64,000 bases of DNA. Origin: a bacterium (GTDB lineage: Bacteria; Patescibacteriota; Minisyncoccia; Moranbacterales; DUUL01). Where the stretch lies: the NCBI GenBank assembly GCA_018675685.1, contig JABGXP010000007.1, forward strand, positions 49,283 to 113,282. Direction: 5' to 3'. Shown piece after piece: positions 41,816 to 50,797 of the stretch (positions within the stretch are counted from its first letter, which is position 1; each line of letters begins with the position of its first letter). The notes beneath the pieces were generated by a model. The model did no database searches and had not been told where the DNA came from. It saw nothing but the letters and a program-made list of their open reading frames with translations. The position numbers and the translations under genes are program-made.

Positions 41816-42154
41816 ATGCTTGAAATCAAAAATAAAATTGAAAAATTCTTATTCAGTCTTACTGGCGTTTTGTTTATTATCGTCATCGTTTTATTGATGA
41901 AGGGAAAAGAGGATGCTTTGAAAAAAGAGAAGTTTAAAAAAAATGTCAGCAATGAATTTTTGGATGAAGAGATTGTTGATGCCCAGAAAAAAATCGAAAA
42001 AGACAGAAGGGAAATAATAATTAAAATAATTGATTCTCCAGGGAAAAAGTTAGTAGAAGAAGTTGTCAGTACCACCACAACACCTCCACCACCACCTCCA
42101 CCAGTAAAGGAGGTTGTTGAAAAGAAGTCAGACAAGAAAACAAAGTCATCATAA
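41816..42154 (+). CDS. Membrane-anchored protein with poly-Pro segment, hypothetical
   Basis: N-terminal TM helix, TTTTPPPPPPPVKEVVEKK tract. Confidence 0.3.
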   Translation: MLEIKNKIEKFLFSLTGVLFIIVIVLLMKGKEDALKKEKFKKNVSNEFLDEEIVDAQKKIEKDRREIIIKIIDSPGKKLVEEVVSTTTTPPPPPPPVKEVVEKKSDKKTKSS

Positions 42155-42158
42155 GAAA

Positions 42159-42599
42159 ATGGATAAAAAAGTAGTAAAAAAAAGTAAAATATTTTTTGTA
42201 GGACTCATTGCGATGGGAGTTATACTTTTTATTGCCTTCACTCTCTTTAAGACAATAAAAGAGAATGGAGGAATTTTGGATACAAACGATAATTCCAAGG
42301 AAATTCAAACTCTAGACATCGTTGAAGATATCAAGAAGCCACAAGAGGAAAATAACAGCGAAGAAGATGGTGATGAGGCTGAAGATTATAAAGGCGATGA
42401 AGACTCTTATGAACCAAAAGTAGAAACTTCTTCTGTGCAAAAATCCACGTATGTCAAAGAGGTGACTACCAAGACAACATATATCGACACTGACAGAGAT
42501 GGAATTTTTGACAATGAAGACAATCAACCAACAATAAACGACTTTTTCATTGTTAAAGACGAGAATAATAATGGGATAGTTGATAGATATGAGGATTGA
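42159..42599 (+). CDS. Membrane-anchored acidic protein, hypothetical
   Basis: TM helix FFVGLIAMGVILFIAFTLF, then a D/E-rich region with DxDxDG-like motif (DTDRDGIFDNED). Confidence 0.3.
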   Translation: MDKKVVKKSKIFFVGLIAMGVILFIAFTLFKTIKENGGILDTNDNSKEIQTLDIVEDIKKPQEENNSEEDGDEAEDYKGDEDSYEPKVETSSVQKSTYVKEVTTKTTYIDTDRDGIFDNEDNQPTINDFFIVKDENNNGIVDRYED

Positions 42600-43539
42600 C
42601 AAACCTTCAAAGAAAAATAACATAGAGGATTATTTCGGAGCGATGGGCACCGATATTTCATTGGAGATTAATTTAGATAAAAAGATCTCAAAGAAAAGAG
42701 AATCAGAACTTAAGCAAGAAGTCAGAGATATTTTCACCAGAAACGAGGGTATTTTCAGTAGATTCCAGCGAGACAGTGAACTCTCGAAAATGAACAGAAA
42801 GTTGGGAGTGAAAACAGAAGCCTCGCAGGCAATGATAGAAGTACTCTTACTTTGTGAGAAGTTTAATCAGATTTCAAAGGGATATTTTGACCCAAGAGTT
42901 CTTGAAAATTTGAAAAAAATTGGGTATAAAAAAGATTTTAGAAAAAATTATCCTACAGCCACAGCAAAAGGAACTGAGCTGTGTAAAGTTACAGGCAAAC
43001 TCGCAGATGATTTAAGGATCTTCCCCAATGAAAGGAAAATTTTAATAAAAAAAGAAGTTGACACTACTGGGATTGTGAAGGGCTATACTATTGATCTAGT
43101 GAAAAAGTTTTTATTCGATAAGGGTATTGAAAATTTCATCATAGATGCAGGGGGGGACATGTTTGCTCAAGGACTTAATAGTAGAAATAGTAAATGGAAA
43201 ATTGGAATCGAAGGACTCGAGGACAACAGCATGATGCTTGCCATCAGCGGAATGGGAATCGCTACCTCTGGGATTAGCAGAAAACGCTGGACAATTGGAG
43301 GAAAAACTTTTCATCATCTAATCAACCCCAAGAAGCCCAATGAATTTGCTTGTGACTTGAAAACAGTAACAGTGATTGATGAGAAAGCAGTTGAGGCTGA
43401 TGGACGGGCAAAGTCACTTTTCTTAATGGGAAAAGAAAGAGGATTGAAATTCGCAAATGAGCATAAAATCAAAGCATTATTTTTAGATTATAAAGGAAAT
43501 ATCTATGTTTCAGAAAAAATTAAAAAGCATGTTCTTTAG
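42580..43539 (+). CDS. apbE: FAD:protein FMN transferase (ApbE family)
   Basis: ApbE motifs: AMGTDISLEI, TGIVKGYTIDL, IDAGGDMFAQG, WKIGIEGL, ATSGISRKRW, HHLINPKKP. Confidence 0.7.
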   Translation: MIDMRIDKPSKKNNIEDYFGAMGTDISLEINLDKKISKKRESELKQEVRDIFTRNEGIFSRFQRDSELSKMNRKLGVKTEASQAMIEVLLLCEKFNQISKGYFDPRVLENLKKIGYKKDFRKNYPTATAKGTELCKVTGKLADDLRIFPNERKILIKKEVDTTGIVKGYTIDLVKKFLFDKGIENFIIDAGGDMFAQGLNSRNSKWKIGIEGLEDNSMMLAISGMGIATSGISRKRWTIGGKTFHHLINPKKPNEFACDLKTVTVIDEKAVEADGRAKSLFLMGKERGLKFANEHKIKALFLDYKGNIYVSEKIKKHVL

Positions 43540-44398
43540 AAGTTTTATTATTCTTACTTTAGTTTTTTTCTTCCAAACCAGTTTTCCATCTTTTGCCTTT
43601 GCAAAAGAGAATGTGGAAGAAACGAAAGTTGACTACAAGAAAGAAGTGATCATTGATAGTGACCTTGACGGATTGACAGATGAAGGAGAAAAACAGATTT
43701 TTAAAACAGACCCTTCCTCTTCAGATACTGATAAAGATGGTTTTTTTGACGGAGCAGAGATTCTAAACGGAACTGATCCGCTTGACCGTGTTGATCCTGT
43801 AGGTCGTGGAATCATGAACCTTACTGAGGAATATTTCGTGGAAAAGACACCATGGGCATGGTATCTTTCACGAGCTTCTGGGTTTTTAGCATATATCTTT
43901 TTGTGGCTTTCAATTTTCTATGGTCTTGCAATTAGAAACATCTTTTTAAGAAAAACAATCAATCCCGCCAACAGTCTTAGATTGCATAGCCTTACTTCAG
44001 TGTCAGCTGTTTTTTGGGCGTTGTTTCACGGTGTTAGTTTTCTATTCCATGATGCTGAATATGCAATGGGGATAAAAGACGTATTTATTCCCTTCTATTC
44101 GGAAAATATCTTTGTGAATAGAGGGTATTTGACATTAGGGGTCATCGCCTTTTATATATTAGTAGTCATTGTGCTTACTTCTTTTATAAAAGATAAAATT
44201 TCTCATAAAATTTGGAGAGTTGCTCATTCTTTAAATTTATTTTTAGTGCCGCTTCTAGCGCTACATGTTATTTTCCTAGGAACTGACATGCAAAACCAAG
44301 TAGTTAAACTTTCCTTTATAGTATCTCTTTTATTGCTAGTCCCACTATATTCTTCCAGTCTAGTACCCTTTTTATGGAAAAAAATAAAAAAACGATAA
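43505..44398 (+). CDS. Ferric-reductase-like bis-heme transmembrane protein with N-terminal extracytoplasmic Ca-binding repeat domain
   Basis: Signal peptide; DSDLDGLTDEGE / DTDKDGFFDG TSP3/dockerin-like Asp repeats; TM domain with two His pairs (H-x13-H in LHSLTSVSAVFWALFHG and H-x12-H in AHSLNLFLVPLLALHV), typical of the FRD heme-binding core. Confidence 0.5.
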   Translation: MFQKKLKSMFFRSFIILTLVFFFQTSFPSFAFAKENVEETKVDYKKEVIIDSDLDGLTDEGEKQIFKTDPSSSDTDKDGFFDGAEILNGTDPLDRVDPVGRGIMNLTEEYFVEKTPWAWYLSRASGFLAYIFLWLSIFYGLAIRNIFLRKTINPANSLRLHSLTSVSAVFWALFHGVSFLFHDAEYAMGIKDVFIPFYSENIFVNRGYLTLGVIAFYILVVIVLTSFIKDKISHKIWRVAHSLNLFLVPLLALHVIFLGTDMQNQVVKLSFIVSLLLLVPLYSSSLVPFLWKKIKKR

Positions 44399-44430
44399 AG
44401 AAGAAACATTGTATCTTCTTTATCGTTTAA
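44393..44430. terminator. Terminator hairpin (CGATAAAGAAGA / TCTTCTTTATCG) overlapping the stop of the ferric-reductase-like gene; a second bidirectional hairpin follows (GCGCCA...TGGCGT plus T-run)
   Basis: Perfect 12-bp inverted repeat followed by TTTAAAAAT; second hairpin at ~44440-44476 followed by TTTTTTTATTT. Confidence 0.55.
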
Positions 44431-44484
44431 AAATAAGCGCCAAAACACGAAAGTGTAATGGCGTATTTTTTTATTTAATACTCT

Positions 44485-45018
44485 TTAAACAAGGGAAGTT
44501 AAGTCGTTTGAGTTTTTCAAAAAAGTAACAGAAGAGTTTTCCTTGTGTCCTTCCTTTACAAAACTCCTGATTGTTTCTTTTGTAATTCCACCACTATCTT
44601 CTAGTACAAAAAAATCTTTTGCCATCCCGCAGAGTATTGATATTTCATACATTGTTCCAACTCTACCACCAATGATAATCGCAGTATCAATGTCCATCAC
44701 CATGTCTAGCGATCTTGCGTAATTATCAATCATAGATAATTCTTTTTTGAAATATTTTTTTTGGTATATAATATTTGTGTACTTTGAAATGTCAGTGGCA
44801 TGATATTTTTTATGGTCCTTTAAATTCAACCCAACTGCATATACCGTTGCTTTTCCGCCAGCAGCTAAAGCTGAAGAGGCTACAATATGTGGATATCCTG
44901 GGCTTCCACCAGTTACTACCTCATGATTTTTTAGGGCAAGTAGCCTCCCAATTTCTTTTGTTTGTTTGATGATTTCAGGGTTGTTTTTGTGGCTTGAGCC
45001 GAAGATTCCAATTTTCAT
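44485..45018 (-). CDS. LOG-family / TIGR00725-like Rossmann-fold nucleotide-binding protein
   Basis: GIFGSS...VVTGGSPGYPH and IIGGRVGTMYEIS (GGxGT) motifs characteristic of the LOG/SLOG fold. Confidence 0.55.
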   Translation of the reverse strand: MKIGIFGSSHKNNPEIIKQTKEIGRLLALKNHEVVTGGSPGYPHIVASSALAAGGKATVYAVGLNLKDHKKYHATDISKYTNIIYQKKYFKKELSMIDNYARSLDMVMDIDTAIIIGGRVGTMYEISILCGMAKDFFVLEDSGGITKETIRSFVKEGHKENSSVTFLKNSNDLTSLV

Positions 45019-45042
45019 TTTTACTTTTAACTAATAATGTTC

Positions 45043-45972
45043 TTAAACTAACTTGATTGCTTCACGGAGGTATCGCAAAAGATGGAGTGGATTCTGGCAA
45101 GCGCCAGCGAAGCAACCACAATTAGAGCAACCTGGAGCAGAGAAACATCTACGACGTTGCCAAGAGACGTCAAAGTGCAAAACTTCATCTCCCCAAAAAC
45201 AACGGTCTGTGTGATCAGGCTTGGCATACCAAGTAATCATTGACTTTGTTAGTAGTAAATCGTTGGGATATAGTTTTTTCACCCGTTTTATTTCTTTAAT
45301 AATAAGAGCTCTATCTTTTTTTTCTATAAACATTGGGTCGGGATAATTGGGACTGGTGGTGTAGAAATTACAAACAACTCCACGGAAGTTATGTTTTTTT
45401 GAAGTTTTTACTAAGGCTTCAAGATCAGTATAATTATCCTTGAGTAGAGTCATATTCAAAATAACACGTCGATCGCCGGAATAATTTGAAAGGACTTTTT
45501 CAAAAGTCCCTTTTCCTCGAATCGCCTCACTTTTTTCTTTTGCGCCATCTACTGAAAGGAAAATAATTAACCTACCGAGTTTTTTGGGAATTTTAATTAT
45601 TCCATTAGAGATGATATGAACAACCGGAAATTTGCGGTAGGCAAATTCGATGACATCTTGTCGCAAAGTTGGTTCACCACCCACTAGTAGCATAAAACGA
45701 ATGCCTTTTTTATGTAATCCATTAAATCTTTTTTTCCAAGAGTCTAAGGATAATTCCTTCTTTTTGATTTCCTTGAAAGGATTTCGGAAGTGATAGCAAT
45801 GCTTGCAACGCAAATTGCAGTTGTCAGTGATGTCGACTTCGGCAAAATATTTTTGCCCAAAGAGCAGCCTTTTTGTTTCACAGATTAGCATAAAAAGAAG
45901 CGCGTGAGCTTTCTGTCGCAAATGCATATTTTTTTTCGATAATAGTTTTCTAACTAATCTTGATAGTAGCAC
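45043..45972 (-). CDS. Radical SAM enzyme with C-terminal Cys-rich (SPASM/twitch-like) auxiliary cluster domain
   Basis: CNLRCKHCY (CxxxCxxC) near the N-terminus, GGEPTL glycine-rich SAM motif, C-terminal CFSAPGCSNCGCFAGAC; the true start may be the internal MHLRQ (45927). Confidence 0.7.
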   Translation of the reverse strand: MLLSRLVRKLLSKKNMHLRQKAHALLFMLICETKRLLFGQKYFAEVDITDNCNLRCKHCYHFRNPFKEIKKKELSLDSWKKRFNGLHKKGIRFMLLVGGEPTLRQDVIEFAYRKFPVVHIISNGIIKIPKKLGRLIIFLSVDGAKEKSEAIRGKGTFEKVLSNYSGDRRVILNMTLLKDNYTDLEALVKTSKKHNFRGVVCNFYTTSPNYPDPMFIEKKDRALIIKEIKRVKKLYPNDLLLTKSMITWYAKPDHTDRCFWGDEVLHFDVSWQRRRCFSAPGCSNCGCFAGACQNPLHLLRYLREAIKLV

Positions 45973-46125
45973 ATTTAGATAAATTATTATATTTTATTCC
46001 ACCGTATAACTTGCTTTTTAGGAGTAAATCAAATATTCTTTAAATGGATAACAAGAGGGAGTTAGGCAATGTGTCTAACTTTTTATTACTTGAAAAGCAA
46101 ATCTTTAGGGGAAGGAGTTTCTATT

Positions 46126-46854
46126 ATGGATCCAACGGGAAAAATTTGGGCAGCTTTAGACACAGAAAAGACAAGGGCCTTGGAAATTGCAAAGAACATC
46201 GCCAGGCACCCGGCAATTTTCGGATTCAAAGTGAACCGCTCAGTTGATCAGGAAGTTTTTCGGCGAGATGGTGAGGTAATGTTATTTGATGAGTTAGCCC
46301 AGCATGGACTGCCAATCTGGATTGATCACAAGCTTCATGATGTAGACAGAACTGTCGTTGGCAGACTGATGCCCTATATCAAATCGGGACAGATTCAGTT
46401 TGCCACCGTTATGGCTAAGGGTGAAATCGACATGATGTCAGAAGCTGTTGAAGCGGCTGACGGCAAGATGTATATTATTGCTGTCACGGAATTAACCTCA
46501 CTTTCAGAGGAACAGATTCATTTAGGAAGTGGTCAGCCGTCAAAGGCTTCGGTGATAAGCTTAGCACGCAATGCAGTGCTTTCAGGAATTCGTCACCTGG
46601 TTTGTTCTTCGCAGGAATTAAAAGTTCTTTCCACAAGACGAGAACTTAGGTGTCTTCAGAAATTTACCCCAGGGATAACTCCTGATTGGAAGTTGGAAAA
46701 TCAAATAGATCAAAAACGAGTTGGGTCACCTGCCTTTGCACTGAGTGGTGGCGCAGACAAACTGGTCATTGGCGGGGCATTTGTTAATGATGACAACCCC
46801 TTGGAAGCTGTTCAAAAAACAGCAGATGAGATAGAAACCTTTGAGCTTAAGTAG
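46126..46854 (+). CDS. pyrF: Orotidine-5'-phosphate decarboxylase family protein (PyrF-like; HPS-like alternative not excluded)
   Basis: AALD...FGFKVN and IWIDHKLHDVDRTV (DxKxxDIxxT-like) motifs; adjacent to a PRTase; start at MDPTGKIW. Confidence 0.5.
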   Translation: MDPTGKIWAALDTEKTRALEIAKNIARHPAIFGFKVNRSVDQEVFRRDGEVMLFDELAQHGLPIWIDHKLHDVDRTVVGRLMPYIKSGQIQFATVMAKGEIDMMSEAVEAADGKMYIIAVTELTSLSEEQIHLGSGQPSKASVISLARNAVLSGIRHLVCSSQELKVLSTRRELRCLQKFTPGITPDWKLENQIDQKRVGSPAFALSGGADKLVIGGAFVNDDNPLEAVQKTADEIETFELK

Positions 46855-46879
46855 AAACATTCAAATTTTTGAGTATCGA

Positions 46880-46917
46880 AAGATCGAAAGTTCACATTGT
46901 GAATTTTCGATCTTTTT
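46880..46917 (+). terminator. Rho-independent terminator after the pyrF-like gene
   Basis: AGATCGAAAGTTCACA / TGTGAATTTTCGATCT ~16-bp stem (one mismatch) followed by TTTTT. Confidence 0.6.
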
Positions 46918-47009
46918 CTTTAAAAAATGTACAAAAATATTAATAAATAAAAGAGGACGCTTGTCATTATGACTAACGCCCTCCCTTTTGTTACACAATT
47001 GCTATTGTG

Positions 47010-47666
47010 TTATTGCGCAATCGCCAGTGGGTGAGTGCCGACTAAACTTTTCCCATGACCGAACTGCATATCATAGAGAACTTTGTTTCTGCAACCAGGG
47101 CAATCTTCCCCTGGTTCAAAGGTCGGATACTGCCTATTTATCTGAGCGATAAATACCTCCACTCCCAAGTCTTCGGCGGTAACAGCTCCACGGTTCCAGA
47201 CACCACCAACTCCGACAACATTGCCTCCGCAAGCAGTCGAGAGGTCAACTACTTTTGCTGCACTTTTTCCAGTGGTGAAAATATCCTCTGCAATCAATAT
47301 ATCTCTACAGAGAACCCATCGGAGATCCTGTTCATCGATATAGAATTGCTTTTGTCCATCATTAGACTTTCTCGCTCGGATGGCCACCACCTTTCTTCCA
47401 GTTAGTTCCGAAAGAAACATGGCTGTATACTGGGCATATTTCACAGCTCCGCTTTCCGGCCCAATAACTGTATCGATTTTAAAATTTGCAAAATCTTGAG
47501 CAATTCCCATACAAATTTCCCGCATGGCATCATCATCATTCTCACGCAACAAATCCTTTGCCACATAATGAATGCCATCGTTGCCATTTGTTAATCTGAA
47601 ATGACCTTCTTTCAGTGCCCCAGCCCTTTTAAAAAGCTCAATACCTCTTTCGTTACCGATTCCCAT
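47010..47666 (-). CDS. pyrE: Type I phosphoribosyltransferase, orotate phosphoribosyltransferase-like
   Basis: PRPP-binding motif VLCRDILIAEDIFTTGKSA; overall OPRTase-like layout. Confidence 0.5.
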   Translation of the reverse strand: MGIGNERGIELFKRAGALKEGHFRLTNGNDGIHYVAKDLLRENDDDAMREICMGIAQDFANFKIDTVIGPESGAVKYAQYTAMFLSELTGRKVVAIRARKSNDGQKQFYIDEQDLRWVLCRDILIAEDIFTTGKSAAKVVDLSTACGGNVVGVGGVWNRGAVTAEDLGVEVFIAQINRQYPTFEPGEDCPGCRNKVLYDMQFGHGKSLVGTHPLAIAQ

Positions 47667-47876
47667 GGTTTTCTCCTTTGAGAATGCTTCGTTAATAGAA
47701 AGTGTCCCTTGTCTTTATTGTGTACTCTTCTTTCCCAAGTCAGCCTAATTGCTTAAAAAAGAACTTTTTATAATAGCAATATATGTGTATTTATGCAAAA
47801 AATAGTTTGCCTTCCAGTTTTTGTATCTTCAAAAATTTCAACCAATCATTTTTTGAATGCATTTTAATACTATATT

Positions 47877-47885
47877 TGGTATAAT
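47877..47885 (+). promoter_or_regulatory. Extended -10 promoter element TGGTATAAT upstream of the ferritin-like paralog A
   Basis: TGnTATAAT 43 bp upstream of the ATG; the same element and flanking sequence recur upstream of paralog B and the giant gene. Confidence 0.5.
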
Positions 47886-47927
47886 TGGAGTACGGTATTT
47901 AGTTTATTAAACTTTTTTATTTAAAAA

Positions 47928-48407
47928 ATGATAAAACAAGAACAATTAGAATGTCTCGAACTATTAATCGAGAATGAATTGGTAGTTGCTCGTTTGTATG
48001 AGGCATATGCAAAAAGAACAGAAGGGAAAGGTGAATTTTGGATGAAACTTTCCGAAGAAGAAGTTTTGCACGCAGAGTGGATTTCAAAACTTAAAGAAGA
48101 AATTGAAGAAGGAGGGATTGTTTTTAAAGAGGATAGGATTCAAAAGGATGAAGTGAGGGAGTCTATCCAGGAGACGCAAGTGGAAGTTGATAGGGTTTTG
48201 AACACTGGCATTAGCTATCTCTCACACAAAGAAGAACTGAAAATTGCGCTTAAGAAGGAGAGTGGAATGTTGGAAAAAAAGTTTTTTGAATTTTTTAAAA
48301 CCGACAACGAAGGACTGAAGGGCGTCTTGAAAAAATTAAAAGAAGAAACGAACTCTCACAGAAAAAGAATCGAAGAGGAACTAAAGAGTGAAAAAAGAAA
48401 TTCATAG
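47928..48407 (+). CDS. Ferritin-like/rubrerythrin-like four-helix-bundle protein, paralog A
   Basis: LIENELVVARLYEAYA ... EEEVLHAEW (E / ExxH spacing) and a second helical pair; ~50% identical to the 52206-52682 product. Confidence 0.4.
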   Translation: MIKQEQLECLELLIENELVVARLYEAYAKRTEGKGEFWMKLSEEEVLHAEWISKLKEEIEEGGIVFKEDRIQKDEVRESIQETQVEVDRVLNTGISYLSHKEELKIALKKESGMLEKKFFEFFKTDNEGLKGVLKKLKEETNSHRKRIEEELKSEKRNS

Positions 48408-48453
48408 TAGGTAAAAAAGATTAATTGATTGATTTCAAGTCTAGAGAAAAATA

Positions 48454-48486
48454 AAAAATACCCATTTAAATGGGTATTTTTTATTT
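48454..48486. terminator. Bidirectional terminator (AAAAATACCCATTTAAATGGGTATTTTT)
   Basis: 11-bp perfect stem, 6-nt loop, flanked by A-run and T-run; sits between convergent genes. Confidence 0.7.
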
Positions 48487-48519
48487 TAGAATTTCTCGGA
48501 TAAAAAACCACCCTTCTAT

Positions 48520-50742
48520 CTAATATGCTCCCTGTCCATGTCCTTGAATATAATCCTGTCTTTTTGTTGGAGCCCCGTTTTTATAATATTGCCAAGTGCC
48601 TTGTTTTTTATTATCAACATACTGTCCCTTAGCAGCAAGGGTTCCTTTGCCACATGCATCACCTGTGCAATAGTCTTCACCGGAGCCTTGTTTTACCCCC
48701 TCGTCATACATTACTTTCGAGCGAACGATGCCATTTCTGTAGGCTGTGATTAATTGATCCCATTCTCCATTTTTGAAATATCCCTCCCTTCGGATGTCCC
48801 CAGTTTTTTGATCATACTCCTTGAAAGGGCCGTGTTTTTCCCCTTCAGCGTTGTAGCAGAAATAATGATAAGCGTCATTGAAGTTGGGTTTTCGATATCT
48901 GACAGAGGGACCAGTTATTTTATTCATGTCATTTGGGTCTGTGTATTTCATAACCGAACCAATGTCATTTGTTGTGGTGAATAGCTTGGCATTCTCAGGA
49001 ATAGGGCACACAAACCATTCTGGGAAAGGAGGAATATCGACTGATGAAGTTTTTTCTTCCTCACTTTCCTCATTCTTCTTTTCCCCATCATCCTTTTCTT
49101 CTGAATCTTTTTTCTTACATTCAGCCCTGAGCTTTTTGTCGCTTATTTTATTGCAAATACTCTTGTCCTTATTCTTTTTCGCCACTGCGGCATAACATTC
49201 ATCTCGCAGAGTTTGCTTTAAAATCCTTTCTTCTTCGATTTCAACTGGGTACCTATCTTCTCCCAGGCTACTTAACATAGGGTCTATTTTTCCACATGCG
49301 TCTGCATCACCATGCTTCACTGCTATACCCGCCAAACAAATCGCTCTGTTTTCAAGACTCACAATTTTCGGGTCCATACATTTATCAGTGTCTTTATTTT
49401 TCATAGCCAGAACTAGTTGGCACATTTCTTTTAGAAATAGTTCATTAAATTGACTACACATGCTTTCATCAACTGCATCCATGTCAGTCAAAAAATGGCC
49501 ATAGCAAAGATCCCTGGAGTTTTCATTTTTAATCTTGGCACAGATTTTTTTGTCATTTTTCTGCAATGCTAACTTGACTCGACATTGTCCGCTTAGATAG
49601 TCATCTTCAACTTTATCACAATAGCTTTCATCTCCAGTTGCTATTCCAATAATAGCAACGCAAGCTTGCTTATAATCAGGGTCCTCAACCTTATCACAAA
49701 TTTTTATATCACCATTGGTACGGGCAATGTTTAACTTACATTTATCTCTCATCTCTTTATTCTCTATTTCGTCACAAGCTTCTACTGGCGCCACACCTTG
49801 ACACTCTTTGCGCATATCTTCGTCATCGATGTGCCCACAAAAAAGTCTTTGCTCCTCAAAGCTTGGAAGAGTACTTGATAGATCCCTAACACAATCACGA
49901 TATTCTTTTCCGCTAGACGCATGACATTCATCAACTAGTATTTGATAGGCATATTCATAGCAACGCTGTCTTTCAGAAGAGGCTCTAATGTATTTACAAG
50001 GTCGCATATTTCCATTAAAAACAGCCACGACACTACCGCCTGAAACTTGCGTCATATCAAGATGAGAAATTTCCTCTTTTAACTCAGTAGAGTCTCGATA
50101 CTTAGCAATCAGGGAAAGCCTGCAGGCAACAGCCTCGTCTCCTTTTAGTTCGTCACAACGCTTTGATTCAACATCAAGAATTTGCTCTATCAAATTATCC
50201 TCGATCTCCTCGCTCTTCTTATTTTCTTTCGATTCTATTTCAATTTTAGAATCCTCTTTTTTAAACTCAACAATTGGGTCCGGATTTATAATCTTACTTG
50301 GCTTTTGAGAGAAATTTATCTCATCAACATGACTAGCAAAAGATTTCGGAATTTCTACAACATAAGAATCAGACTTACCTGAAAAGTCAATTTGCATTAT
50401 TCCTTGAAATTCTCCTTTCTCCGTCTCTTTATATTCAACAGATTTGTTTATTTTGGAGTCGTCGGTAATCTCTTCTTTGTATGTATAGGAATAACCCTCA
50501 ACATTTTTTTCAATCTCTCCCCATTCTTGGTCAGGCAAGACATTCAACCAGTCAGATTTGAGATAGTCATCTAAATATGCACTTCGCTCGTTCTTAATAT
50601 TTTTTCTCACTTCAGTTTGTTCTTTTGGAGAAAAAACAAAATATAATCCAGAAAGCACTAATGTAAACCCTAGCACAAAAACGATAACTTTTTTCATGTG
50701 ATCCAAATAATTATTAGCAAGACAAGAATTCTTTATTTTCAT
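48520..50742 (-). CDS. Large secreted/membrane-anchored Cys-repeat protein with C-terminal MORN-like repeats
   Basis: N-terminal signal anchor; >10 repeats of ~30 aa carrying paired Cys (C.K[VI].D......C); C-terminal repeated G.W..Y..G motifs (YwqK/MORN-like). Confidence 0.45.
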   Translation of the reverse strand: MKIKNSCLANNYLDHMKKVIVFVLGFTLVLSGLYFVFSPKEQTEVRKNIKNERSAYLDDYLKSDWLNVLPDQEWGEIEKNVEGYSYTYKEEITDDSKINKSVEYKETEKGEFQGIMQIDFSGKSDSYVVEIPKSFASHVDEINFSQKPSKIINPDPIVEFKKEDSKIEIESKENKKSEEIEDNLIEQILDVESKRCDELKGDEAVACRLSLIAKYRDSTELKEEISHLDMTQVSGGSVVAVFNGNMRPCKYIRASSERQRCYEYAYQILVDECHASSGKEYRDCVRDLSSTLPSFEEQRLFCGHIDDEDMRKECQGVAPVEACDEIENKEMRDKCKLNIARTNGDIKICDKVEDPDYKQACVAIIGIATGDESYCDKVEDDYLSGQCRVKLALQKNDKKICAKIKNENSRDLCYGHFLTDMDAVDESMCSQFNELFLKEMCQLVLAMKNKDTDKCMDPKIVSLENRAICLAGIAVKHGDADACGKIDPMLSSLGEDRYPVEIEEERILKQTLRDECYAAVAKKNKDKSICNKISDKKLRAECKKKDSEEKDDGEKKNEESEEEKTSSVDIPPFPEWFVCPIPENAKLFTTTNDIGSVMKYTDPNDMNKITGPSVRYRKPNFNDAYHYFCYNAEGEKHGPFKEYDQKTGDIRREGYFKNGEWDQLITAYRNGIVRSKVMYDEGVKQGSGEDYCTGDACGKGTLAAKGQYVDNKKQGTWQYYKNGAPTKRQDYIQGHGQGAY

Positions 50743-50797
50743 TCTAACACCTAAATTCCTAAAATTCGAACAATAAAATAAAATTGCGAAAACTTCT

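Noticed and set aside
48538-49195. Three plus-strand ORFs (48538-48753, 48754-48984, 48878-49195)
   Set aside because: Antisense to the Cys-repeat protein gene; Ser/Phe-rich low-complexity translations typical of antisense of K/E-rich coding sequence.
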